Shown here piece after piece: positions 49,661-60,885 of a DNA stretch of 64,000 nt (the first letter of the stretch is position 1; every line of letters starts with the position of its first letter). Origin of the DNA: Rhynchobatus australiae (taxonomy: Eukaryota); contig JAUZTB010000087.1 in assembly GCA_034780895.1 (NCBI GenBank), positions 36,563,539-36,627,538 on the forward strand. The letters run 5' to 3'. The position numbers and the translations under genes were made by a program. The notes below the pieces were generated by a model, which saw nothing but the letters and a program-made list of their open reading frames with translations, ran no database searches and was not told where the DNA came from.

Positions 49661-51684
49661 AGNNNNNNNNNNNNNNNNNNNNNNNNNNNNNNNNNNNNNN
49701 NNNNNNNNNNNNNNNNNNNNNNNNNNNNNNNNNNNNNNNNNNNNNNNNNNNNNNNNNNNNNNNNNNNNNNNNNNNNNNNNNNNNNNNNNNNNNNNNNNNN
49801 NNNNNNNNNNNNNNNNNNNNNNNNNNNNNNNNNNNNNNNNNNNNNNNNNNNNNNNNNNNNGAATAAAAGCAAAAGATGCTGAGAACACTGAGTAGGTCAG
49901 ACTGCAATAGCTGCGAGAGAAACAGTTAACATTTCAATTATTGTCCCTTCATTTGAAGTTGGTGCATTGTGTTTCAAGAGAAATATGATCTGATCTACTT
50001 GTATACCAAGAATGCTATTTTGGCACAAGAAGAACTTGTTGACGATAAATGTGAGAAACTATTTGTAGAGGATAATAGCCAACTGGTGAAGATATGCATA
50101 AATTTCCTAAATATCACATCATTACTTCAGAAACAGCATCTTTCATTGCTGACTTCTAATAAATGAGCAATGATTAATATATACACAATGTGGAGGGAGA
50201 TAAAGGGAAAAAGAATGGGTTTGCTCTCTGTTGTGTACTTTGGAGTAAGGCAGGGAGTCTCGCCAATGAGAGATTTTGTTTATAAAAGGATTTTTCCTCA
50301 CTGTAAGCATTAATAGGGAAGGTTTTGTTCATATAAATTTGAGAGCTGACTGGGTATTTGCAGCTATTTAGGGAGGCGAATTTATAGATGCTATTTATGG
50401 TTTTCATTGATTACCAGGTATGAATTAACAGCCATTAAAGAAACAGGATCTTTTCACACATTTAATGTCACATCTTTTTCATCACAGTGATCCAACTGTT
50501 ATATTTTTTATAGATATTTAGATGACTCAGTTTAATATCTTTGTGGTTTTAAGTATCTTTATATGGAATACTAATTTTATAATTTTATAACCTTTTCATG
50601 ATATATTTCATATATTTAATACAATCTTTCAAATGAAATGCTAAAAGTAGTAAATGTAACTTTAACTAGCTGTGGTATTAGTTGACTGTACAGTATGTAC
50701 ATTTAAGTGTATTTATTTGATGAAAAAAGTTAAGACAAAAATATTTTTAGGAATGATGTGTTACCTGCAATTATTACATAAAAGTAGGACGCAGAGTGGA
50801 ACTCTTTTCTAATCTTATAGAATTGATTTATGGAGACTATAACATAGCAACTTTCCCAAGACAGGAAACTATGACCTATGTGCTGAAAACCTAATCTTGG
50901 AGATAATTGTGTCAGTTAGTGATGATTGTTTTACTCTTAAAAAGTGAAATTGCTGTATTCTAGCTTCTGTTACACATTTGTGGTTGATGTGACGGGATTT
51001 AATGCATACTGTTTGCCTTTGAGCATAATTATTTGCAACTTGCTTTGCTTGATGTAGGGTGCTGACTTCTCCCAATGTTCTGTTTTTTTTTGTCCTTGGG
51101 TACTGAGGGAAAGTTTTTTAAAACTAAAATAGTTGAGGATATGCACTGATGTGCAGAGGCAACATTATCTGTGACAGAGCAACCCCAGGCTTTAGGGTTT
51201 AAATCTGATTGGACAAGTTAATTTTATCATAGTTTTGTTTTAAATAAAGCTCTTGGTTAAAATGCTTTAGGAAATGCAAAGTACTCTGAAGGTACTTGGT
51301 AAAATGCTTTGTGATGAACGGTGTGGTACATTGAATACCACACTAAACATAAAACATAGAAGCAATTAAATCATGATCATTCAAGTCTACTCTACCATTC
51401 AATAAATTTATAGCATTTGCTACATCTCAGATATGTTGCTTGTATTCCTTGATTCCCTTGGTGTCCAAAAATATATTGATTTTAGCCCTGAATAGATTCA
51501 TTGACAGAGTATCCTGAGTATGAGTTTATCCTTTGGAAAGAAAACTCTCTCAAACAGCACAGGAAAAATGACTTTTTTATGTTATTTTAAGAAGAATGTT
51601 GACTTGGGAGTTGGAAGAAGTTCAGGCTCTTCAGGTATTCTTCTACATAGTTGAGTAGAGATCATCATCATGGCTCACCAAACT

Positions 51685-51782
51685 GTTCCCTCAGTACTGC
51701 ACCGAAGTCTCAGCCCAAGTGTCAGATTATACATTAACATCTTCTCCCTCAGAAGCAAGAGTACTGAAAACTGAGTCAAGTT
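51685..51782 (-). mobile_element. DeuSINE/SacSINE-like remnant
   Basis: Minus strand GACTCAG...ACTCTTGCTTCTGAG head and GTGCAGTACTGAGGGA core word, recalled from this SINE superfamily. Confidence 0.45.
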
Positions 51783-53644
51783 CTTGGGTGAGAAGAAATT
51801 TTTAAAAAAATTAGAAGCTAGAAGAACTATGATCAATATTCATGAAGGAAAAAAAGCTGGAAATCTGACATTAGAGTTCCTGGAAGTATTCTGCAGGTCT
51901 GATAACATCTGTAAAGAGAGTAACAGTTCTGATGGATGATTATTGCCTGACCTGTTAAACATTTCCACTGTTTTCTGGTTTTATGTCAGTATTCATGTTT
52001 CATTTTCTTTTTTCCAACTTAACAAATATTTTTCCGTGTAATGAACAGTGCTTTCAACAAAATATTTTTGACTCTTTTGATCAGTGATTCTTGGTGGCTG
52101 CTTTTTGAATGTAATGCCAACACCTATGGTCCATTACCTTGAATGACGTTATTAAGAGAGCTGAGAAAATATTGAGACAGCCGTTTAATTAGCTTCACTT
52201 GAGTTATGGGCCAGACCTGTTCCATCTGTTCGCATTAAGGGTGCTTACATTGATAATGTTTTGCCTCGTAATTGCCATTAATAAAAATGTCAATGGACCA
52301 TCAAGTAAGAAAACAAAAATACAGCTTCAGAAATAGTATAATCACATAATGGTTCCAGCATGAAAGGAGGCTCTTTGGCTAGTTGATTCCATACCAGCTC
52401 TATGCTAGAGCAATCCGTGAGATCCATTTCCCCACCCCTCCCATATCTCTGTATATTCTTTCCTTTCTGTTAGTTAAATCAGTTCCCTTTTGATTGCTGC
52501 AGTTGAATCCACCTCCATGATTTGAATGTGACTTCAAAAACGTATATGGAAATTGCTACCTTGCCCAAGAATGGGAACTTAATATTTTATTGAGGAGATT
52601 CGATATAAATAGAGGAAATAATGGACTCCAAATGATAGTGTACCATAATCACTGGATATGCAAAATAAACAGACCTGATAGTTTTCCAGCATTTTAGATT
52701 GATCTTGATCTTCTAAAATCTCACTTTTTTTAAACAAAACAATTTTTTTTTTAATTACAGTGTTTTTCATTTGTCATTTCCTGGTCCATCCCCCTCCCAC
52801 CCGACATCCCTATGACCCCATCAATTTTTTTCTCTTGCATTCTAATTAAAAATGCTTACTACTATCAAACTGTATTCTGTGATTCAGTCTAACAACATGT
52901 AAACTCAGTGCAAAAGGCAGATTTTCAGTTTCCCTACTTTTCAAATATTTTCCATAGATTTATCCTTATCGGGCATTTAGGTGAATAAAGTGCAGTATTT
53001 ATCTCCTATTATATTCCACCAATTGCCCTTTATCCCTTAATCTCTCCCTGATCCAACATTGATCAGTTCAAGACCTTTTGAAGCAGTTCGCTGGCAAGTG
53101 ATCCACAAAAAGTTGCACCACTTTTTTCTTCCTGAAAAATTAGAAATAAAAGACCTGCAAAATTACAAAGGAGGCCAAAATTAACCAAAAGATGAATATA
53201 ATTTGAATTTACTAAAATAGCCACCATTTTAAATTCAGTTATAGTCTATTTTTGGTTCTGATTTCAAAACTTGCAGATTCATTTCTGTGAGCAGGTTCAG
53301 ACGAGGCAGGAAACGAAAAACAAAGATACTTTAGTGTTATGAGGTTTGCTAATGACCAGATAGCAGCCTTACCATTTTTGAAATGTATTATTTTCAGAAT
53401 ATGTTACAGGAAGAATAGGTTGTAAATACTAAAACTTCCATCACTGGACCAAATGTTCTCCTTATTGTGGAGAAGCACATTCTGCAAAGGGAGTGCAGAA
53501 TCAGTAATAGCAACTTTGCAATTCCTATGTTATATCATGCATATNNNNNNNNNNNNNNNNNNNNNNNNNNNNNNNNNNNNNNNNNNNNNNNNNNNNNNNN
53601 NNNNNNNNNNNNNNNNNNNNNNNNNNNNNNNNNNNNNNNNNNNN

Positions 53645-56186
53645 ACCCAGGGAAGCTCATCGACCCAGTTGGGTCCTTTTAGACGCGCCATGAGAGCCGA
53701 TTTGAGCTGTCTGTGAAACTGCTCTACCATCCCATTTGACTGTGGGTGATAGGCGGTTGTGTGGTGGAGTTGGGAGCCCCACAGGTCCACCACTGCAGAC
53801 CACAGGGCGGAAGTGAATTGGGCACGCCGGTCTGAAGTGATGTGAGCTGGAATGCCAAAACGCGCCACCCAGGTCATGAGCAGGGCTCTTGCACAGGACT
53901 GGGTGGAGGTGTCAGTGAAGGGAACGGCCTCTGGCCAGTGAGTGAATCTGTCAACCATGGTGAGGAGGTAGCACGCTCCTCTTGACACTGGTAGGGGTCC
54001 CACAATGTCGACGTGGATGTGATCAAATTGCCGCTGGGTGGTTTTGAATTGCTGCGGCGGAGCTCTGACGTGCTGCTGCACCTTGGCTGACTGGCACTGT
54101 GTGCACGTCCAGGCCCACTGGCTGACCTGCTTCCAGAGACCATGCCAAACAAACTTCTCCGATACCATTCGGACAGTTGCCCTGATTGAGGGGTGTGCCA
54201 GGCCGTGACTGGAGTCGAAAACCGCCCGGCGCCAGGCCGCTGGAACAATTGGTCGAGGCTTACCGGTGGCAATGTCGCAGAAGAGAGTTCGCCCGTCAGG
54301 GCCCACGAGGAGAACCTGCAGCTGTAAACCTGAGACCGTGGTTCTGTAGCTGGGCATTTCTGGGTCTGTCTGCTGCGCCTCTGCTAGTGCTTGAAAATCC
54401 ACCCCCGTGACAGAACCTGGACCGCTGGCCTTGAAAGTGTGTCAGCTACAACGTTGTCTTTGCCAGAGAGGTGTCTGACATCAGCGGTATATTCCGAGAT
54501 ATAAGACAGATGCCGCTGCCGTCTGGCTGACCATGGATTGGAGACCTTCATGAATGCGAACATCAGTGGCTTATGGTCGGTAAAAGCTGTAAAAGGTCTG
54601 CCCTCCAGAAAGTAGCGGAAATGGCGGGTCGCAAGGTACAGTGCCAACAGCTCCCGGTCGAAGGTGCTGTACTTCAATTCAGGCAGTCGTAAATGTCTGC
54701 TGAAGGCGGCCAGGGGCTGCCACAGTCCCTCGATTAGCTGCTCGAGCACCCCGCGGACCGCAGTGCTTGAGACGTCTACCGTTAGGGCAGTTGGGGCGTC
54801 CATGCGTGGATGGACGAGCATGACAGCATTTGCCAATGCATCTTTGGTCCTGACAAAGGCAACAGCGGCTTCTTCAGTCCAGGCAATGTCCTTGCACTTA
54901 CCCGACAGCAGGGTGAATAAGGGGTGCATGATCCGGGCTGCCGATGGGATGAATCGGCGGTAAAAATTAACCATTCCCAGGAACTCCTGTAGGCCCTTGA
55001 CCGTGGTGGGACGAGCAAAATTACGGACGGTGTCGATTTTTGCCAGTAAGGGTGACACTCCATCCCTGGTAATCCTGTGGCCCAGGAAATCGATGGACTT
55101 AAGGCCGAACTGACACTTGGCCGGGTTAATAGTGAGGCTCAAATCACTGAGGCGGGAGCAGAGCTGGCAGAGGTGGGACAGATGCTCCTGGCGGCTGTTG
55201 CTGGCGATTAGGATGTCATCCAAATAGATGAACGCAAAATCCAGGTCACGCCCCACTGCATCCTTAGGCGCTGGAATGTTTGTGCCACGTTCTTAAGGCT
55301 AAACAGCATCCGTACAAATTCAAAAAGGCCAAAAGGGGTAATCAACGCTGTCTTCAGGATGTCATCCATGTGTACCGGGATTTGGTGGTATCCCCGCACG
55401 AGATCCACCTTGGAGAAGATGCACCGCCCATGCAGGTTGGCCGCGAGGTCTTGTATGTGCGGCACTGGGTGGTCTGCGGTTGTTGCCTCATTCAACCGGC
55501 GGTAGTCACCGCACGGTCGCCAGCCACCAGCTGCCTTGGGTACCATATGAAGCGGGTAGGCCCATGGGCTATCCGACCTCTGGATGATCCCCAGCTTTTC
55601 CATATGCTTGAACTCCTCCTTTGCTAGGTGCAGCTTGTCAGGGGGCAGCCATCGAGCGCGGGCGTGAAGGGGCGGACCTCAGGTCAGTATGTGATGTTGA
55701 TCGCCATGCTTGGGCAAAGTAGCAGAGAACTGGGGAGTCAACACCGACAGGATTTCTGCCAGGACTCTGGCGAACTCGTTGTCCGAAGTCAGAACGGAGT
55801 TGAGGCGTGGTGCCGCAAGTTCGGCCTTGCCCAGCGAGCACGATTGAAAAGTTCTGGCGTGGACCAACCACTTTCCTAGCAGGTCGACCAACAAGTTGTT
55901 GGCACGGAGGAAATCAGCACCGAGGAGGGGCGGGGCAACTGCAGCCAGGGTAAAAACCCACTGGAAGGTCCTGGCACCGAATTGCAGTTACACCGAACGG
56001 GTGCCGTAAGTCCGGATATTACTGCCATTGGCGGCTCGGAGGGTGGGCCCCGGCTTGCGTTTGCGGGTGTCGAGGCTGTTTGTGGGCAGGACGCTGATCT
56101 CCACCCCAAGTCAACCAGGAACTGTCGGCCCGAACGCCTATCGTGGAGATGAAGCAGGCAATCCGAGCGGCCAGCCGCCGCAGCCA
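53645..56186 (-). pseudogene. pol: Gypsy pol (protease, RT, RNase H, integrase) broken by several frameshifts
   Basis: FLVDLG (degenerate DTG protease site), WRPCGDYRRLN, FSKVDLVRGYHQIP, FIYLDDILIAS, YSTFDRELLA, HVDIVGPLP and TAYHPQSNGMVE are spread over successive frames. Confidence 0.92.
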
Positions 56187-56890
56187 TCAACAGCGGCCAG
56201 CCCTGGCGTTTCCCAGATACTCGCAAGGTGGGCACCATCTGCGTGCTTCGGCGCCCCACCTCTGGTGGTAGAAGCACCAGTTCCCGGAGGGACCCTCATT
56301 CCTGCTTCCAGGCGACGTGCGTTCTGTTGACGGGCCTGGTCTGTTCCGTCGTTGTGGCCGAGGTGTGGTGACGGCTTCGACGGATGCACCGCTTTCTTTT
56401 TCATCTTGCAAACGATGTCGGCCTGGGTGGCCACCTTCCAGGGGTCACTGAAGTCCACATCGGCCAACAGTATATGGATGTCCTCGGGAAGCTGCTCCAG
56501 GAAAGCCTGCTCGAACATGAGGCAGGGCTTGTGGTTGCCTGCCAGTGCGAGCATCTCATTCATTAGAGTGGAGGGGGGCCTGTCGCCCAACCCGTTCATA
56601 TGCAGCAGGCGGGCGGCACGCTCACGCCGAGAGAGGCCGAAAGTCTCGAGGAGCAAGGCTTTAAATTTGGCATACTTGTCCGTAGCCAGGGGTGCTTGAA
56701 TGAAGTCCCCGACTTGGGCCGCGGTCTCCTGGTCCAAGGCACTAACAACATAATAATAGTGCATGTCGTCAGCAACCACCTGGTGGATTTGAAATTGGGC
56801 CTCGGCCTGGTCAAACCAGACCAGCGGCTGGAGGGTCCAAAATGTAGGCAGCTTGAGGGCTACAGCGTGTACTTCCTGCGAGACAGACAT
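56187..56890 (-). pseudogene. gag: Gypsy gag, frameshift near 56400
   Basis: MSVSQEVHAVALKLPTFW...WFDQAEAQF N-terminus. A second frame carries CFYHQRWGAEARRWCPPC, a degenerate C-x2-H-x9-C-x3-C knuckle. Confidence 0.85.
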
Positions 56891-56914
56891 CGTGGGTCCA
56901 AATGGTGTTTGGAC

Positions 56915-56928
56915 CGTCGGGGTCACCA
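56915..56928 (-). promoter_or_regulatory. Primer binding site, tRNA-Trp
   Basis: Minus strand reads TGGTGACCCCGACG, complementary to the 3' end of vertebrate tRNA-Trp (..CGUCGGGGUCACCA). Confidence 0.88.
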
Positions 56929-56930
56929 AC

Positions 56931-57208
56931 TGTAGCGGCTAGCTATGGGTAAACAAGACTCATGTGTGTTGTCGGAGGTTGTTGAGCCAGAAGCCTCCAA
57001 TCCCTTCCTACTGGCGCTTATATGCAGTTTGAAAGTCCCGCGCTCTCGTCGCTTTGCTGACGTCACGCTGGTCAGTTAACCTTTGCCGCGCGCGGGCTTT
57101 CATCGTTGTTAATGGAGACGTAGGGCCCGGCGCCATCTTGGGCCGGGGAGCTCCATCGACGCGAGCCGCCGCGGGAGCCGGTTCAGAGCAGGTAGGTGCG
57201 TCGCTACA
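56931..57208 (-). repeat. 5' LTR (278 bp) of the Gypsy element
   Basis: Bounded by 7-bp inverted termini TGTAGCG...CGCTACA. The PBS follows 2 nt after its end on the minus strand. Confidence 0.9.
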
Positions 57209-59224
57209 CACATTTATTTTAGAGTGTATACTGGAATTACTGAGATTTCTATAAAAAACTTGAATAATTTTGTGTGTATTAAGTGTCTGAGAGGTGTTAT
57301 CACTTGCATTTAATTAGTCTTGAGGATTTTCAAAGCAACCAATGGCTTTTCTTTAATTGAGTTTGTGTCTTAATGTATTGACTCAATGCTAAATATTCAC
57401 TCCTAAGTTAGCCATTCAAATTCTTTTTGAGCTGAGGTAATGAAAGCCTGCATGTTAGCTTGTATAGTATCTCTTCACTTCAGTATATCATGCTCACCAT
57501 ATGGATTTTGAATGGAATTATTATAGAATATGTATTACTGTCACCTGATTTAAGACGTATCATGACTCAAAATGCAGGCTTTGAGGAGCATGGAATTATC
57601 AAGTTCAATCCAGCCTATATTGGCATGGTATCTGCATTACATTGATCTGATTTCTTCTTGCTAAAAAACTTGACAAGATTTAAAAGTTTTGATAATATGA
57701 GAGTTTTTCCTTGTTAATCTTGCCTGTCATCGAAGAGGGCAAAACATTATGGAGCAATGACAGATGATGCTGTATCTAGAACAGCAATATGATTTCAAAA
57801 TAGCTTTTTGCTATCTCAAGGTCACTCCGTGATTGGATTGTGACAGCTACAATAATGTAAGTATTTTAAGTGACTGCTCTTTCTAAAGTAATTTACAAAC
57901 TCAAAGGGGAATGTTAAGTAATGCATTACAATGTTGGTTGAAATTAAAAGTTGAACACATTTTACATCTTACAAACCTCAAAGAAAATCACTAACTTTTG
58001 GTTGTGAAGTGTCTGGCGTGAAGTTTGTTTAAGTGAAATTAAATACAGATGATTTGTACCTTGCTATGCCTACTATAAATCTTCCAGTTAGTCTTTGCTT
58101 CATTTCTGTTTTTTTCCTTGTTCATGATTTTATCAATCAATTACTCCATTGATTATATACCTTCACTAAGTTAATGTGTAAATTTTGCTTAATTATGTGT
58201 GTTGAACAAAACCAGTGCAGCCAATGTGTTCACAAAACCATGATTTCATTGCTGTAACAATATGACTAATTCAATGCAAAAATAACTGAATGCACTGAAT
58301 CAATTTGTTTGTGAGATTGGCAAAGCGCTCTACATACAGTACTCAACGGTGAATTTAGTTGCTACCATGATAATATAAGTACTAAATCAAACAATTAAAT
58401 GAGCTCCACTGAAGCTGCATGACCCCATCATTTGTATTTATATATTAAATTGTGCTGAAATATTATTTGACATTTTAAAATAAACATACATTCTGAATTT
58501 TTTTGATCATGTCTTCACAGATCTATCAGTGGCTTGCGATGCATATGAACTATTTTGGGGAATATATCCATCAGCTATCATATTACCCAAGGAGAGGAAG
58601 AAAGTACACTCTCCAGAGAGGCAAGAATGCAATTAGAAAATTCATAAAAGCCAAAATCTAAAGATTGATGCAGATCCAGAATGATGTACAGGGAGAAAGA
58701 TATTCAGTACTCTCTTGAAAAGGTGTAGCTAGGGAAAACAGATACATTGGTTAACAGGCTTTTACTTGTACCAATGGATTTAGTGATCTAAAGGAGCCAA
58801 GCACAGGAAAAGCAAATTTTGCAACAGCTGCAGTAAGATACTATCCATTTGCAATAAATAGTGCAATAAGGCTTGAGTAAAAATAAGATAAGACCGAATA
58901 ATTCAAATTAATGGTATGAGGAGAAAGGTGTTTCCTAGAGATCGCTGTTGGGAGTAGTATTATTCACCAGTTACACAAACAATGTGGACAAGGTGATCAG
59001 AAATATTATGTCAAAATTTGACCATGTGACTAAATTGCATCATTGTGGGGTGATGCAGTTTGGTAGGTGGCAACATTTTACGGCTTAAAAATAGGGACCT
59101 GGAAATGAATCTTTGCAATTCCAGGAGAAACTGATGCTGCATGGGCCAAAATCACATTAGCACAAAATTGTCACCAATTTTGAGCATGTCTTAGATAGGT
59201 AATAGCTATCATTAATGTCTTATG

Positions 59225-59450
59225 GTTCCTCCTTTGTGTGAAAAGTTTGTTTCTCAGTTCTCCTTTAAGTATTTTCCCTCTCTCTTTGAACCTGCACCCT
59301 CTGTTTTTAGATTTCCCTACCCTGGGAAAAAGACTGTGACACTCCATCTTATCTATACCCCTCATAGATAAGATGGATTTTATAAACCTCTGTAAGATCA
59401 CCTTTCATCTTCCTATGCTCCAAAGAAAAAAGTCCTGGCCTATCCAAGAG
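59225..59450 (-). mobile_element. CR1 LINE 3' fragment
   Basis: PGLFSLEHRKMKGDLTEVYK and SLFPRVGKSKNRG...LFTQR on the minus strand. Confidence 0.8.
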
Positions 59451-60619
59451 TGGACCGAGTCTCTTCCCTTGGAGTAGTTCAGATATGGTGCCAGCCAAGC
59501 ATCTTATTGTTTGTGACCTTTGATCTGATGAATTCAGAAAACTATTGTTTATGTCACAGGTTGAAGGGTTGCATTTTTTTAAAGTCAAACTTATAGAAGT
59601 TTCTTGTAGAGGTTTGAGTTCAAATATTTTCACTTTTTTAAGTGGGTTCATTGTGTTACTCTGGACTACTGTTTTCTCCTTTCTAAAGTCTAATGATTTA
59701 CTCACATTTATTGAACAAGAAGTGTTTTGTCAGTTCCGTTACTACGTTGAGTCAATTACTATTCAAAAAGATAAGTTTCTACTTTCGATGAAGTAACATT
59801 TTCAGATTGTGGGAAAGAATTGTTCCCACATGGGGAGTGAAAAAGAGTTTAAGTCACTTTATTTTGAATGAAATTTGCTTACCAGCCCCATCTCATACCT
59901 ACCACCAGCCCCTTTCCCAAACCAGGTTATAGCTGTTTTTCTTTTGTAGCTTTAATTTTAATCTCAATTATGTTTTGAAAAACCAAATGGAAATAATTTA
60001 TAATTTAACATAATTTTATTTGATTTTAAACTTTCAATTACATTACTGTCTGAATAAGTAAAGTTTTAGTTTCATGCAACTGCATCTAATAGCTAACCAT
60101 GAAAGGCAGATCTGGCATTGACTGCAACCTGCTTTGGCATGTTCCCAGAGAATGTGATCTGCAGTCTCTAGGCCACATAGTCAGCTGATTGCTTCAGTCA
60201 TTGTGATTCATATAAAGCTCATTCATCTGATTACTTATATGGCATCTGAGGGTCAGGGATTTAGAAGAATCTTTATTTGCATGTTGCACAAACACCTGAA
60301 CCAATGAGTATAGAGGCACAACACTAATGCTCAAATATTACAATTGCACAGAGAAACACATCCTGGGTATTCCTACTTTTTACCCCAGCTTTGTTCTGGG
60401 AATTTAATTCTTCATATATATTCAATAATGGGTGCACTGCCTTCAGTGATCAATATCACCGCAATGGTCCATGTTAAATATTTATGGTATCGTTGGTCAC
60501 ATGTGGAATCATTGATATTCTGCCTACTACTCATTGCTAGACCTTTTAAAGATAACTTCAACTTTTTCATCCCCCTTGCTCATTTTTTTAACCCTGTAAA
60601 AAATTTTCTGTTCAAGTAT

Positions 60620-60885
60620 TAATCCAGTTGTCTTTTTAAAGATACAATTGATCTGCTTCCAGTGTCTTTTCAGGCAGTGAATTCTGATTGTGATAATTTG
60701 CTGCAAAAGAGAGACAATTCCCCTTGAACTTCTGGTTCTTTTGCCAATTACCTTAAATCTGTTACCTCTTAGTACTGATATTCTTGCCAAAGAAAATTGT
60801 TTCCCCCTATGTACACTCTTGAAACCATTTATAATTTTGAATGCTTCTATTAATTGTCCCCTTAACCTTTTCTGCTCTGAGATGG
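60620..60885 (-). mobile_element. CR1 LINE 3' fragment
   Basis: EQKRLRGQLIEAFKII...RGNRFKV on the minus strand. Confidence 0.75.

Larger units (their letters stand above)
53645..57208 (-). mobile_element. Ty3/Gypsy LTR retrotransposon (CsRn1-like), frameshifted, 3' end lost in an N gap
   Basis: Order on the minus strand is LTR-PBS-gag-PR-RT-RH-IN. Motifs: RT YLDD near 55215-55226, RNase H TVD..S and FTDHKPL, integrase HHCC and D-D-E. GC- and CpG-rich relative to the flanks. Confidence 0.95.

Noticed and set aside
53520-53645. 3' LTR, PPT and TSD of the Gypsy element
   Set aside because: Integrase runs into the N gap and non-element DNA resumes on the other side. These parts cannot be seen, so LTR-based dating is not possible.
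54186-56935. Plus-strand ORFs overlapping the Gypsy element
   Set aside because: Antisense shadows of GC-rich retroelement coding sequence with no motifs.
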